DNA of 64,000 bases, from IMG/VR virus record IMGVR_UViG_3300031224_000010; one strand, written 5' to 3'. Below the pieces are notes generated by a model. It saw only the letters and a list, made by a program, of their open reading frames with translations. It was not told the origin of the DNA and searched no databases. The DNA is from an uncultured virus (IMG/VR IMGVR_UViG_3300031224_000010) (lineage: Duplodnaviria; Heunggongvirae; Uroviricota; Caudoviricetes). Of this stretch, positions 1 to 8,817 are shown piece after piece (within the stretch, counting starts at the first letter, position 1; every line of letters begins with the position of its first letter). Made by a program: the position numbers and the translations under genes.

Positions 1-1858
1 CGGCTATGCCGTCGCTAAACGCGCCTTTAATGTTTCCCCAGAGTCCGGACAGGACGCCAGCCACAGCGCTGGCCGCGTTGCGGATTCCCGACACCAGGCC
101 AGCGATCATCTTGCCGCCGGCGCCGGTAAGGTTGGCTGGCATGTCTACGCCCAGCCAGCTCATAAGGGCGGAGAAGCCTTTGTAGAGCAGGCCTATCGGC
201 GACCAGTTCACCAGGAGCTTGGCAATGCCGCCCAGGCCATCGTCGAAGGCGGAAGTCACTTCACCCCAGATCCCTTTGAACCAGCTGGCTATGCCATCCC
301 AGTTCTTATAGATCAGGTAGGCCGCCGCCCCGATGGCGGCAATGATGATGCCAATCGGGTTGGCGGTCAGGGCGGCGCCGATTGCTTTAACGCCAGCCGC
401 CACGGCGGGCAGTCCACCGGCCAGCCCTATAACGGCGGTTGTGGCTGCAAAGATAGCCTTGCCGAAAGCCAGAATGGCCATGACCGGCTTCATCGCGAAA
501 AGGAAAGCGATGATCATGCCCAAGTTATCGAAGCCACCAACCACCTTAGCCAGAGCACCGGTTATGGACGCCAGAGTGCCTGCCATAGAAGCAGCGCCCG
601 TCGCTATATCCCGAAGCACCGGAACGGCATCCTTGAGTCGCTGCCCGAAATCCTTCGCGAAGGCTTTCACGTGGTCCCGGTTCTCTTTCATCCAGCCAGA
701 CAGGTCTCCCATCATGTCGCTGATCGCGGGCATAAGCTCGGCACCGATCGTGTTCTTCATGCCGGCCAAGCCTAGCTGTGCGTCCAGAAGCGAGTCCTTG
801 AACACCTCGGCATCCCGCGCGGCTTTATCGCTCAGCACATAGCCGGTTTCCTGCGCCTGCCTTCGCAGCTCCTTCAGGCCGCCGCTGCCGTCTTTCAGCA
901 TGTTGACCATGCCAACGCCTTCGCGGCTGAACATCTGAGATGCCAGCGCCACCCGTTCGGTTTGGCTGTCCACCGAAGCCAGCCGATCGGCCACCACGTT
1001 CAGCGCGTCTTCCGGTGTCATTTCGGCCAGCCGCGACGATGACAGGCCCAGCTGGTCGTATGCTTTGCGCGCCGCGCCAGTACCTTGCTTGGCTTCGCCC
1101 AGCCGCTTGGTAAAGGCCACCATGTTGCTGTCCAGCTTCTGCGTGGATATGCCTGATCGTTCTGCTGCGTAGCGCAATTCCTGGTAGGGCCCCAGGGCCA
1201 CACCGATCTTGTCGGCGGTCTTTGCAACGCTGTCGCCCAAGGTCGCCGTTGAGTTGGCCACCGCGAAGATCCCACCGGCGGCCGCACCACCCAGCATGGC
1301 TGTACGCCGCCCGAACTTGCCGACTTCGCCGGTCATGTTGCGGAACTTGCCGGATACGTCGGCTTTGCCCAGTTGTTCCAGGTGTCGTTTCTGGCGCTGA
1401 ATGCGGTCGTTGGCGGTCTTCATCCGCTCGGCCAGCCGGCGCTCTTCGTCGGCCAGGTTGCGTGTGCTGATGCCGGCATCCTTCAGGCGCTTGCGAACGG
1501 CGCCCAGCTCTTTCCTCTGCTCCTGACCCTTACGGGTGAACTGCTCAACTTCCTTGCGGGCCTTGTTGTATTCGGAGCGGAGTTTCGCGGTGGGCTTGCT
1601 GGTGCTTTTGAGCTCCTGGCCCAGCTGCCGCACCTTCTCCTGAGAGGCAGACAGCGCGGTGCCGTTGTCCTTGATGGCGCGGTCCATTTTACGGAACGAG
1701 GAAACGTCCCGCTGGGCACCCTTCAGCTGCTTGATTTCCTGCTGGCTTTTTTTCAGGGCCTTGGCGGTTCCGGTGGATGATGCGTTGATTTTCTTCAGCG
1801 GCCCGGTGACCTTGTCGCGGGCTGCCAGGATGACCTGAAGGTCCAGGCTCTTAGACAT
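1..1858 (-). CDS. Tail tape measure protein (P2 gpT-like), 3' end outside window
   Basis: ATG at 1858 gives MSKSLDLQVIL..., the same start as the 822-aa paralogue at 34075-36543; follows gpE/E'. Confidence 0.9.
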   Translation of the reverse strand, partial: MSKSLDLQVILAARDKVTGPLKKINASSTGTAKALKKSQQEIKQLKGAQRDVSSFRKMDRAIKDNGTALSASQEKVRQLGQELKSTSKPTAKLRSEYNKARKEVEQFTRKGQEQRKELGAVRKRLKDAGISTRNLADEERRLAERMKTANDRIQRQKRHLEQLGKADVSGKFRNMTGEVGKFGRRTAMLGGAAAGGIFAVANSTATLGDSVAKTADKIGVALGPYQELRYAAERSGISTQKLDSNMVAFTKRLGEAKQGTGAARKAYDQLGLSSSRLAEMTPEDALNVVADRLASVDSQTERVALASQMFSREGVGMVNMLKDGSGGLKELRRQAQETGYVLSDKAARDAEVFKDSLLDAQLGLAGMKNTIGAELMPAISDMMGDLSGWMKENRDHVKAFAKDFGQRLKDAVPVLRDIATGAASMAGTLASITGALAKVVGGFDNLGMIIAFLFAMKPVMAILAFGKAIFAATTAVIGLAGGLPAVAAGVKAIGAALTANPIGIIIAAIGAAAYLIYKNWDGIASWFKGIWGEVTSAFDDGLGGIAKLLVNWSPIGLLYKGFSALMSWLGVDMPANLTGAGGKMIAGLVSGIRNAASAVAGVLSGLWGNIKGAFSDGIA

Positions 1859-2028
1859 CATTCCTCCGGCTGGCTGCGCTTGCGGGCGTGCTCCCGCCAC
1901 TCCATCAGTTCGGCTATGGTCATATCGGCCATGTCAGCGGGGCGCCAGTGAAAGATGGCGGCCACGTCTGCCATGGCGTCGTCAACGCGGCGAGGGATTA
2001 CCCCTTGTGCCGCTTCTGCAGCAAAAAA
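1858..2028 (-). CDS. gpE' extension reached by -1 programmed frameshift
   Basis: Slippery TTTTTTG at 2022-2028; -1 frame open through ...DDAMADVAAIFHWRPADMADMTIAELMEWREHARKRSQPEE*. Confidence 0.8.
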   Translation of the reverse strand, partial: FFAAEAAQGVIPRRVDDAMADVAAIFHWRPADMADMTIAELMEWREHARKRSQPEE

Positions 2029-2288
2029 CCGGCAATCTCCTTGCCCGCTTCGACCAGGTCTGCGGGATCCATGTTGCGGACCTCGTGTTCAGTAAGGATG
2101 GGGTTACTGATGCGGGGCACCAGCTTGGTAATGCTGTCCACGTCCAGGTTCAGCACGTCGGCCAGGCTCAGCCCTCGCAGCTCTCCGGCCATCGGCTTGC
2201 GCAGGGTGATGGTTTCGATTTTCTCACCGTCACGCTGGATAGGCGTGTCCAGGGCAACAGTAACGTTGTTGGCTTCGTTCTTGCCCAT
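1998..2288 (-). CDS. Tail assembly chaperone (P2 gpE-like)
   Basis: TLRKPMAGELRGLSL...LVPRIS motif; lies between tube and tape measure genes. Confidence 0.9.
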   Translation of the reverse strand: MGKNEANNVTVALDTPIQRDGEKIETITLRKPMAGELRGLSLADVLNLDVDSITKLVPRISNPILTEHEVRNMDPADLVEAGKEIAGFLLQKRHKG

Positions 2289-2301
2289 GAGCTAGGGCTC
2301 C

Positions 2302-2811
2302 TTATAGGCCGATGTTCTGGCGGTGCTCTTCCAGGCGATCGGTGCCACGTACGCGCTCGACCATGTTGGTCACGTCGATTTCTACAATTTCTTCACCGGC
2401 GATGGTGAGCTTGTAGTAGCTGAGCGTGGTGGTGATGCTCTGCGTGTTGTCGCTGCCGGCTTCGGCATCGCCCATGTTGATTTCGCGGTGGCGGCCACGG
2501 GCTACGATTTCCACCGGTACGGTTTCGCCGGTGTCGTCGCGCTGGTAGCTGCCAGCAAAGCGGAGCATGTCGCTGTCCAGGCGGTTGGTACCGAAGTTGT
2601 CGAACAGCTCCGGAATCAGCCCGGCAGGCGTCCAGCTGAACTCCATCTTTTCCATGCCCATGTCGATATCGACCGGGGCGTTCATGCCGCCGCCGCGATA
2701 CTCTTCCATCTGGCGCACCATGGGCGGCAGGGTAAGGGAGGAAATCTGGCCCTGCCAGTTGTCACCGTTGCCGAACAGGTTGAAGTGTTTGAGCTTCTTG
2801 GGAAGTGCCAT
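2302..2811 (-). CDS. Major tail tube protein (P2 gpFII-like)
   Basis: MALPKKLKHFNLF...EEYRGGGMNAPV...YYKLTI. Confidence 0.93.
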   Translation of the reverse strand: MALPKKLKHFNLFGNGDNWQGQISSLTLPPMVRQMEEYRGGGMNAPVDIDMGMEKMEFSWTPAGLIPELFDNFGTNRLDSDMLRFAGSYQRDDTGETVPVEIVARGRHREINMGDAEAGSDNTQSITTTLSYYKLTIAGEEIVEIDVTNMVERVRGTDRLEEHRQNIGL

Positions 2812-2824
2812 AGTTCAATGCTCC

Positions 2825-4339
2825 TTAGGAGTTCACGCGGGCAGCGAAGTCGACCAGGTAGCGGTCGGTGATGCGCTGACGCAGCAGGAGGTTTTCCAGC
2901 GGGGGCACTGGGGTGTAGTCGTAGTCGATGTAGAGCTTGCCAGCCTTCAGGGTGTCCTTGGTGTTGGCTTCTGCATCGAACCGGGCGCGCGCATCGATCA
3001 GCAGGCCCAGCGCTTTGAGTTCGCGGAACTTGGCGTTGATGCCTTCGATGATGTCTTTTGCCAGCGACGGGTGCATGGGTTTGTCCACTGCGTACATGTG
3101 CGCCTCGGCGATGGTGTCGGCCAGGATCTGGGCGGTGCGGGTGTAGTTCTCGAACTGGAACAAGGGGTCTGCGCTGCAGGTGCGGGAACCCCAGAACCGG
3201 AAGCCGTCACGCTGGATCAGGGTGGTGACTTCGTTGGCGTTGAGCAGCCCGGCGTCGGTGTTGGGGTCTTGCAGATCCCAGTGCACGTCTTTATTGATGC
3301 CGGTTACGCCGTTCACAGCAACGTTAGACAGGGTTTTGTGCCAGCCCACCTGCTGATCGATCTTGGCGCGCAAGCCCATGGCTCGGGCGACAGCGTGAGC
3401 GGTGCCAGAGGTTGCGGTGTTCACGTTGAAGGCGACGAAGTCGGGCCAGACAAGCATTAGCTCGCGGGCACCGAAGCCATTGCGGTACATGATGGCGTCT
3501 TCGATAGTGGCGCAGCCGTAGCAGCTGGCGTACACGAAGGCCCGCAGCTTCTGGGCAATGCTGATGGTTTCAGCGGTGACGTTCTCAGTGTCGAGGCCGG
3601 GCACGCCGATTATGCGGGGTTTTACGCCCAGGTTCTGTTCGGCGGCCAACAGCGCTTTCAGGCCAGTCTTTTTGCCTTCCGGGGTGACAGTGCCAATCAC
3701 GTTGGCCTCGGTTTCGTTGGCTTCAGCGCCTTCCTCTACCCGCACCACCACCACAATGGCGCTGGCCTGGTCTGCAATGGCGTCCAGTGCCGCTGGCAGA
3801 GTACCGGTGGTGCCCGCATCGCCAATGGCGTCCAGAACGTTTGTAACCAGTACCGGGGTGTTCAGCGGGAAGGCTTCGTTTTCGCCCCCGCTGAGCTTGG
3901 TGTAGTCCGCGATGTTGGCCAGGCCCGCGCCGGTGTTGCCATCGTCCAGGGCTGCAGAGACCAGGGCGGAAGCTTCGGCGCTGCCGTTAACGGCGGTGAC
4001 GATGTCCTGTGCGGTGCTGGTAACAACCGCCTCGGCGTCAGTGGCCAGACTGACGGTAATGTCTTGCCCGGCCACGGTCACTTCCAGGGTGGACGCTGCT
4101 GTGCCTGGGTCGACGTACCGGACGCGGATCTGGTTTCCGGAAGTGCCTGCCTCCAAGGCGGTGAAAATGATATCGCCGTTGTCGGCAATGGTTCGGATTG
4201 CGGCCTCGGCTTTTACGCCAGTGGACGCTTCCGGAGCGGTAGCCACAAGGCCGATGATGGCTGTTGCAACGGTACGGATGGTCCGGGTGCCTTCGTTGAT
4301 TTCGAGCACTCGAACCCCGTGGTGGTATTGGTCTGGCAT
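2825..4339 (-). CDS. Tail sheath protein (P2 gpFI-like) with an inserted N-proximal domain
   Basis: [47 protein letters not shown] motifs. Confidence 0.95.
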   Translation of the reverse strand: MPDQYHHGVRVLEINEGTRTIRTVATAIIGLVATAPEASTGVKAEAAIRTIADNGDIIFTALEAGTSGNQIRVRYVDPGTAASTLEVTVAGQDITVSLATDAEAVVTSTAQDIVTAVNGSAEASALVSAALDDGNTGAGLANIADYTKLSGGENEAFPLNTPVLVTNVLDAIGDAGTTGTLPAALDAIADQASAIVVVVRVEEGAEANETEANVIGTVTPEGKKTGLKALLAAEQNLGVKPRIIGVPGLDTENVTAETISIAQKLRAFVYASCYGCATIEDAIMYRNGFGARELMLVWPDFVAFNVNTATSGTAHAVARAMGLRAKIDQQVGWHKTLSNVAVNGVTGINKDVHWDLQDPNTDAGLLNANEVTTLIQRDGFRFWGSRTCSADPLFQFENYTRTAQILADTIAEAHMYAVDKPMHPSLAKDIIEGINAKFRELKALGLLIDARARFDAEANTKDTLKAGKLYIDYDYTPVPPLENLLLRQRITDRYLVDFAARVNS

Positions 4340-4415
4340 AGCGCCTCCTGGTTTGGTTTTGCCGGGGTATAGGTGCCATGATGAACCCTGCGGCGCTCGC
4401 AGCCATTCGTTTAAG

Positions 4416-4436
4416 TTGTCTGCAACAAACGCACAA
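4416..4436. promoter_or_regulatory. Putative Ogr-family late-promoter box upstream of sheath gene
   Basis: TTGT-N13-ACAA; same dyad found ahead of all six late operon starts. Confidence 0.6.
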
Positions 4437-4467
4437 AACCCCAGCCGTCCCTGGCTTTTGGGTGACC

Positions 4468-4989
4468 CTAGGCTTCGATGGCGATCCCCTCTTCAAACAT
4501 CAGATCAAGCTCATCATCTGTAATGCCCAACTGAGCGCCCAAGCCGTTCAGCATTGGCGACAGGCGCCGGAACTCGCTGGCGTCGTTCCATGCGTCCACG
4601 GCGAGCGGGTCGGTCTCGGGCGCTGCCATCATTTGCTCGATCTGGTCCCGGTAACCGTAACGGCGAAGAACGGCGCGGGCTTGAAATCGGGACAGCACCA
4701 TACCGGCGCGCCACTTCTGCAGCTCGCGCATTTCATTGTCAATCCTCCAGCTCTCAACCTCGGCCACCAGGCTGTCGTGCTCGGCCTTATCGATCAGAAC
4801 CATGCCCGGAGCCGGTGACTCGCTGGAGGGAATGTGCCCAACGATCAGAGCGGGGGACTGGCGCCGGTCAACTACGCTGACCTTCAGGTTGTCGCTGGGC
4901 CGTTTCGGGCCGTGGCGAAGTGGCGCTTCGTTGGCCGGGCGGCCGTCTCTGGCGTCCAGGTAATAAGCGGTAACGTATTTGTTGCTCAT
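4468..4989 (-). CDS. Hypothetical 173-aa protein coupled to DGR RT (possible tail-fibre assembly/chaperone-like)
   Basis: ATG overlaps the RT stop (ATGA); diverged homologue at 39166-39687. Confidence 0.75.
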   Translation of the reverse strand: MSNKYVTAYYLDARDGRPANEAPLRHGPKRPSDNLKVSVVDRRQSPALIVGHIPSSESPAPGMVLIDKAEHDSLVAEVESWRIDNEMRELQKWRAGMVLSRFQARAVLRRYGYRDQIEQMMAAPETDPLAVDAWNDASEFRRLSPMLNGLGAQLGITDDELDLMFEEGIAIEA

Positions 4990-6089
4990 GCTGCGGTCCT
5001 CTTCGGTTGGCAGGGGGTGACTTTCGTTAGTTGCCCACGGAAGGCAATGCCGGTTTCGACGGCCAACGACTTCCGCAGGTTGTAGGTGTTGGCGTGCTGG
5101 CAAATGCCCAGGTAGCTGTTCATTCTTGAGGCCCAGGCTTCTGGGTTGTCGTGTCTTTCGGCGCTGTGCGCTACGGCTTTCATGGCATTTGTGCTGCGCC
5201 GGCGAACGTACCGGCGGTGCGGCAGCATCACGTAGCCGCAGAAATTAATACCGCGATAGACGCTGTTTCTTTGCGTTTTATTGGGGTGGAAATGTACATC
5301 CAGCTGCGTCAACGCGAACGTTTTCATGGCCTCAAACGCGTCGTTCAGTTCTGCAGGCGTTTTACCGATCAGAACCACGTCATCGACATAACGCCCGTAC
5401 CAGCGCACGCCCAGGTCGCGCTTTACGAACTGGTCCATAGAGTCGAGATAAACGTTGGCGAAAAACTGGCTCGATAGATTCCCGATCGGAAGCCCTTTGT
5501 TACCACTATTGAAAAGGCTTTTGTGGTGCGGCACGTGGCGGAATTTCCACGCCGGACTGTTCACGATCGGGCGCTGGGTTGGGTCGTGAAACAACACTTG
5601 AGCGGTCAGATTGAGAGTCTCATCGTCGTCTATTCGCTTGCGCAGCAAATTGAACAGAATGTCTTTATCGATGCTGACAAAGAAATTCGCCAAATCGGCT
5701 TGCAGAAAGCAGGCGGGGTGCTGCCAGTTTTCAGTCGCCTTGCGCATGAATCCGTGGATCCGCTCAACCCCTTTCAATGAGCCACGCCCGGGGATGCAGG
5801 CATAGCTGTCGTGAATAAACCGGCGATAGAAGCGGTCAGACACCCGGTTGTAGATGATGTGGTGCACCACCCTGTCGCGGAACTGAGCCGCCCACACTTC
5901 GCGCCATTTTGGGTAACTGACCACAAATGCGATTGACCGGCCAATGCGATAGGCGCCAGCGTTAAGGTCGCGCATTAACTTCATGAGATTGCGCTCCAGT
6001 CGCAGCTCGAAATCGCACTGTGACAGCGCATTGCGCTTATTTCTGCGGCAATCGTAATACGCTTGAAAGACCTCTTCAACAGTAAACAC
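4986..6089 (-). CDS. DGR reverse transcriptase (copy 1)
   Basis: RDRVVHH, GLPIGNLSSQ (DGR-type IGxxxSQ), YGRYVDD; 367 aa with no intron maturase/endonuclease extension; adjacent TR and avd. Confidence 0.96.
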   Translation of the reverse strand: MFTVEEVFQAYYDCRRNKRNALSQCDFELRLERNLMKLMRDLNAGAYRIGRSIAFVVSYPKWREVWAAQFRDRVVHHIIYNRVSDRFYRRFIHDSYACIPGRGSLKGVERIHGFMRKATENWQHPACFLQADLANFFVSIDKDILFNLLRKRIDDDETLNLTAQVLFHDPTQRPIVNSPAWKFRHVPHHKSLFNSGNKGLPIGNLSSQFFANVYLDSMDQFVKRDLGVRWYGRYVDDVVLIGKTPAELNDAFEAMKTFALTQLDVHFHPNKTQRNSVYRGINFCGYVMLPHRRYVRRRSTNAMKAVAHSAERHDNPEAWASRMNSYLGICQHANTYNLRKSLAVETGIAFRGQLTKVTPCQPKRTAA

Positions 6090-6095
6090 TATGAT

Positions 6096-6230
6096 CTCCT
6101 GACGGCACGCACCCGGTTGCTGTTCGTCTTGTTGTTCCGGTTCTGGTTGCCATTGTTGAAGTTCTGGTTCCAGGCGTTGCTCGCATCGTTCTCCGTCGAT
6201 GACCAGTAGTTGCTGGGCTCGAAAGCGTCG
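6096..6230 (-). repeat. DGR template repeat (TR), copy 1
   Basis: 135 bp aligning gaplessly to VR 6792-6926; 13 AAY codons; 15 mismatches all at TR A. Confidence 0.97.
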
Positions 6231-6401
6231 TTAAGCTGCTCACTGTCACGTCGCACCGCGGGATATTAAAACCGCCGTGAAACTGGCTTTCGCCTTTTCG
6301 CGGGGCCCGGGCAAGCCGAACCCTGCGGGAGCAGTCCGAGATTATTGGCTCGCCGCGCAAAGCCTTGGCCCTGCGCGTTCTGGCCGTGTTTACCTGAAAA
6401 G
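6231..6401 (-). ncRNA. Putative structured 5' leader of the DGR template RNA
   Basis: 171-bp avd-TR intergenic; hairpin 6354-6377 and GGC-GAAA-GCC tetraloop 6285-6294. Confidence 0.45.
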
Positions 6402-6743
6402 TCACTTACTCGCCTTTTCCCAGCCGTAGGCCTGACGGCCGATAGCGTCCGTTCGCTCAACCAGCTGGCCGTGCTGTTTTTTACTGATTAACGCAAGGTC
6501 GCAGCAAAGCCGGATGGTCATTTCAACCACTTGAACGGTCTCCAAAATGGCTGAGATTATCGGCCGGCGGCCATCTCGCGCCGCGTTGGCGCGGTACACG
6601 TTGATCACGATGTCCAGGCAATCGGATCTCAACCGCTCGCCCAGGGATATCTTCAGATCACGCGGGAAATTCCGCGTCATCTGGGTGATCAATTTCATGA
6701 GCTCAAATGTGTCCCGATAAATCGGCAATTCTTTCGCCTTCAT
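6402..6743 (-). CDS. avd: Accessory variability determinant (Avd-like four-helix bundle), copy 1
   Basis: 113 aa; LPIY..., NFPRDLKISLGERLR, IGRQAYGW motifs; between VR and TR. Confidence 0.88.
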   Translation of the reverse strand: MKAKELPIYRDTFELMKLITQMTRNFPRDLKISLGERLRSDCLDIVINVYRANAARDGRRPIISAILETVQVVEMTIRLCCDLALISKKQHGQLVERTDAIGRQAYGWEKASK

Positions 6744-6778
6744 AGCGAAACACCCCAAATAAAAGTGGAAAGAAAAGT

Positions 6779-8806
6779 TTAAAGTGCAATCCTCCTGACG
6801 GCACGCACCCGGTTGCTGACCGTCTTGCTGGTCCGGTACTGGAAGCCAATGTTGAAGCGCTGGAACCAGGCGAGGCTCGCATCGTTCTCCGTCGATGACC
6901 AGTAGTGGCTGGGCTCGAAAGCGTCGGCGGACGCGCCTTTGAAGCTTTCACGGTCGGTTTGCGCTGGGTCTCCTGCGGTGTAGCCAGTTTGAGTGGGCCG
7001 CGAATTTGCGTTAGTACCGAAAGTGGCGCCATCACCGCCGAAACCCGTAGTTTGGCGAGCGGAGGTGTTGTTTGCCGTGGTGTCGGGCTTGAAGTTTCGA
7101 TAGAGGATTTCAAGCTCGTCGCGGCTTGGCAGGTACCAGTCGGTGTGGCCATTCAGACCCTGGGCCGCGTTGCAGTTGTCTTCAATCCACTTAAAAGCCG
7201 GAAACTGAGACAAGCTATTCAGCGCAAGAATGGCGTTGTGATTTGTGCGGCCGTCGGCCAGGGTCATCGGCGGCACGCCTGCAGTGCCGGTCACAGCCGT
7301 GTTAGCGGTGCGCCAGCTCATTGTTCCGTCGCCCATCTTAACGCTGTCGCCACCGCCGTCCGACACAACAAGGCCGTACGTCTGACCGTCGTAATCTGAG
7401 ACAATTTTGCCCGCGACATAACCGCCGCCGTAGGGTGCGCCGATCTCGGTATCAAAATCAGGCACAAACGATGCAGACGTTGTGATGCTGCTGCCGGCGC
7501 CGCGGGCGGAATCGCCATAGACCGCGCCGTGGTACTGCGGCTCAATAGTGTAAGTCTGGCCTGGCTGCAGGATATCTGCGGGCACCGTGACGCTGGTGAG
7601 CTGCGTTTCAGAGCGGATCACGTCGTAAACAATGCCGCCGGTGCTGTCGCGAATACGCAGTGACGTGGCCACGTGCTCGTCTGTGCCGCTGATTACGTTA
7701 AATGCGGACAGCTCGATAACCGGCTGCTCAGGTATGTCGGTTGCGCCAGCTGCCGGGCTTGTAACGCTCGGCGTGTCGATGTAGGTGTCAGCGGTACCGA
7801 AACGGGTGCGGGGTGAGCGCTGCGCCCACTCGCCTTCCACGTTTTCGTCCTGGTACTGCCATTCGTGATCTGAGCCCACGTCTATTGGCGATGCAACCGT
7901 GTGAGCTTCGATCGGATTTTCGTCAAGCGGCGTCTCGTCGGCTTCGTAGACTGGCACGTCTTCGTTCAGTCTGAAGATGTAAAACCGGCGGAGATTTTGC
8001 GGCACGCCGTACAGGGGGTAATAAGGCGAACCGACCAACTCTGGCGTTGCTGTTACACCGGTGGCGGCGGCGGCCGGTGAGATGTTTTCGGGGCGGCGGG
8101 TTACGCCGATCGGCAAGGCTGTGATGATCGCGACGCGGGAAATAACGCCCATCACGCGCAAGCGCGTGACGTTGCTGGGGATGTTCCAGCTGCCGTCTGC
8201 CCGTGCTGTCAGGTTCTGCCACGCACTGCCGGTCCAATACCGTGCTGCCAGGTTTGAGCCCTGCACGTGCAAATAAGCGCCGCGCTCCATGTCTGTCAGC
8301 TCTGGCGTTGCGTACTCTGCCGGAGCAAGGCGGCCAAGGGTTGAGCCCACAGCGACGGTGCTGGTGAGCGAGCCGTACAGCGTGATGCGCTTATCCGAGA
8401 GCACTTGACGAACCCGAACGCTTTGGGTGTTTCCAGAGTCAACAATGAAATAGTGCTGGCCAGGCTGAATGCCGGCAGTGCTTACCAGGTCGATGCTGTC
8501 ATCGCCGCCCACAGCGGATTCGATCACAAACTCAGGCACTTGTTCTGCACGCTCAACAAAAACGCGTTGCGCGCCGTATTGAACCAGGGCGTCAAGCCGA
8601 TCTGACAGGTTGATAGGATCGCTGCCCAGAATGTCTTCAACCTGGCCTTGGGTTTGGGCGATTTTATCGCGCAGCCAGAAGTCGTTTTCGATCAAAGCCA
8701 AGTATTGCGGATTCCAGGAATCCGGGTGCGCCGGATCTGCGGTTGTCATCGCGCGCAGCTGCTCACTAAATGCCGGGGGGCTGTTAGGGGTTAAATATTC
8801 GGCCAT
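6779..8806 (-). CDS. DGR target: tail fibre/receptor-binding protein with Ig/FN3-like repeats and C-terminal DUF1566 (CLec-fold) domain
   Basis: DWYLPSRDEL...YWSSTE...VRAVRR; VR at the C-terminus; at the tail-fibre position after gpI. Confidence 0.88.
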   Translation of the reverse strand: MAEYLTPNSPPAFSEQLRAMTTADPAHPDSWNPQYLALIENDFWLRDKIAQTQGQVEDILGSDPINLSDRLDALVQYGAQRVFVERAEQVPEFVIESAVGGDDSIDLVSTAGIQPGQHYFIVDSGNTQSVRVRQVLSDKRITLYGSLTSTVAVGSTLGRLAPAEYATPELTDMERGAYLHVQGSNLAARYWTGSAWQNLTARADGSWNIPSNVTRLRVMGVISRVAIITALPIGVTRRPENISPAAAATGVTATPELVGSPYYPLYGVPQNLRRFYIFRLNEDVPVYEADETPLDENPIEAHTVASPIDVGSDHEWQYQDENVEGEWAQRSPRTRFGTADTYIDTPSVTSPAAGATDIPEQPVIELSAFNVISGTDEHVATSLRIRDSTGGIVYDVIRSETQLTSVTVPADILQPGQTYTIEPQYHGAVYGDSARGAGSSITTSASFVPDFDTEIGAPYGGGYVAGKIVSDYDGQTYGLVVSDGGGDSVKMGDGTMSWRTANTAVTGTAGVPPMTLADGRTNHNAILALNSLSQFPAFKWIEDNCNAAQGLNGHTDWYLPSRDELEILYRNFKPDTTANNTSARQTTGFGGDGATFGTNANSRPTQTGYTAGDPAQTDRESFKGASADAFEPSHYWSSTENDASLAWFQRFNIGFQYRTSKTVSNRVRAVRRIAL
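6792..6926 (-). repeat. DGR variable repeat (VR), copy 1
   Basis: Encodes DAFEPSHYWSSTENDASLAWFQRFNIGFQYRTSKTVSNRVRAVR vs TR DAFEPSNYWSSTENDASNAWNQNFNNGNQNRNNKTNSNRVRAVR. Confidence 0.97.
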
Positions 8807-8817
8807 GAATTACTCCG

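Larger units (their letters stand above)
5080..8613. repeat. 3,534-bp direct repeat, copy 1 (partner 39778-43311)
   Basis: Both boundaries offset by 34,698 bp; all ORF translations inside are identical (not checked at every base). Confidence 0.92.
4986..8806 (-). mobile_element. Diversity-generating retroelement, copy 1 (target/VR-avd-TR-RT)
   Basis: All four components present; adenine-specific TR/VR mismatches. Confidence 0.97.

Noticed and set aside
4434..4462. Terminator after orf173 in copy 1
   Set aside because: Only a short imperfect stem; not called
333..4880. Numerous plus-strand ORFs opposite tail genes (also 34109-38795 and 59952-62450)
   Set aside because: Antisense shadows of GC-rich genes with clear phage homologues on the minus strand
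4986..6089. RT as group II intron, retron or Abi RT
   Set aside because: IGxxxSQ motif, short length, adjacent Avd and the A-specific TR/VR pair identify a DGR RT
6076..6460. ORFs 6076-6405 and 6266-6460 (and copies near 40774-41158)
   Set aside because: They overlay TR and its leader out of the VR frame; treated as shadow ORFs
6731..6778. BPP-1-like GC hairpin/cruciform downstream of VR
   Set aside because: The interval is T-rich; only a weak 6-bp TTTCGC/GCGAAA stem over the avd start, not enough to call
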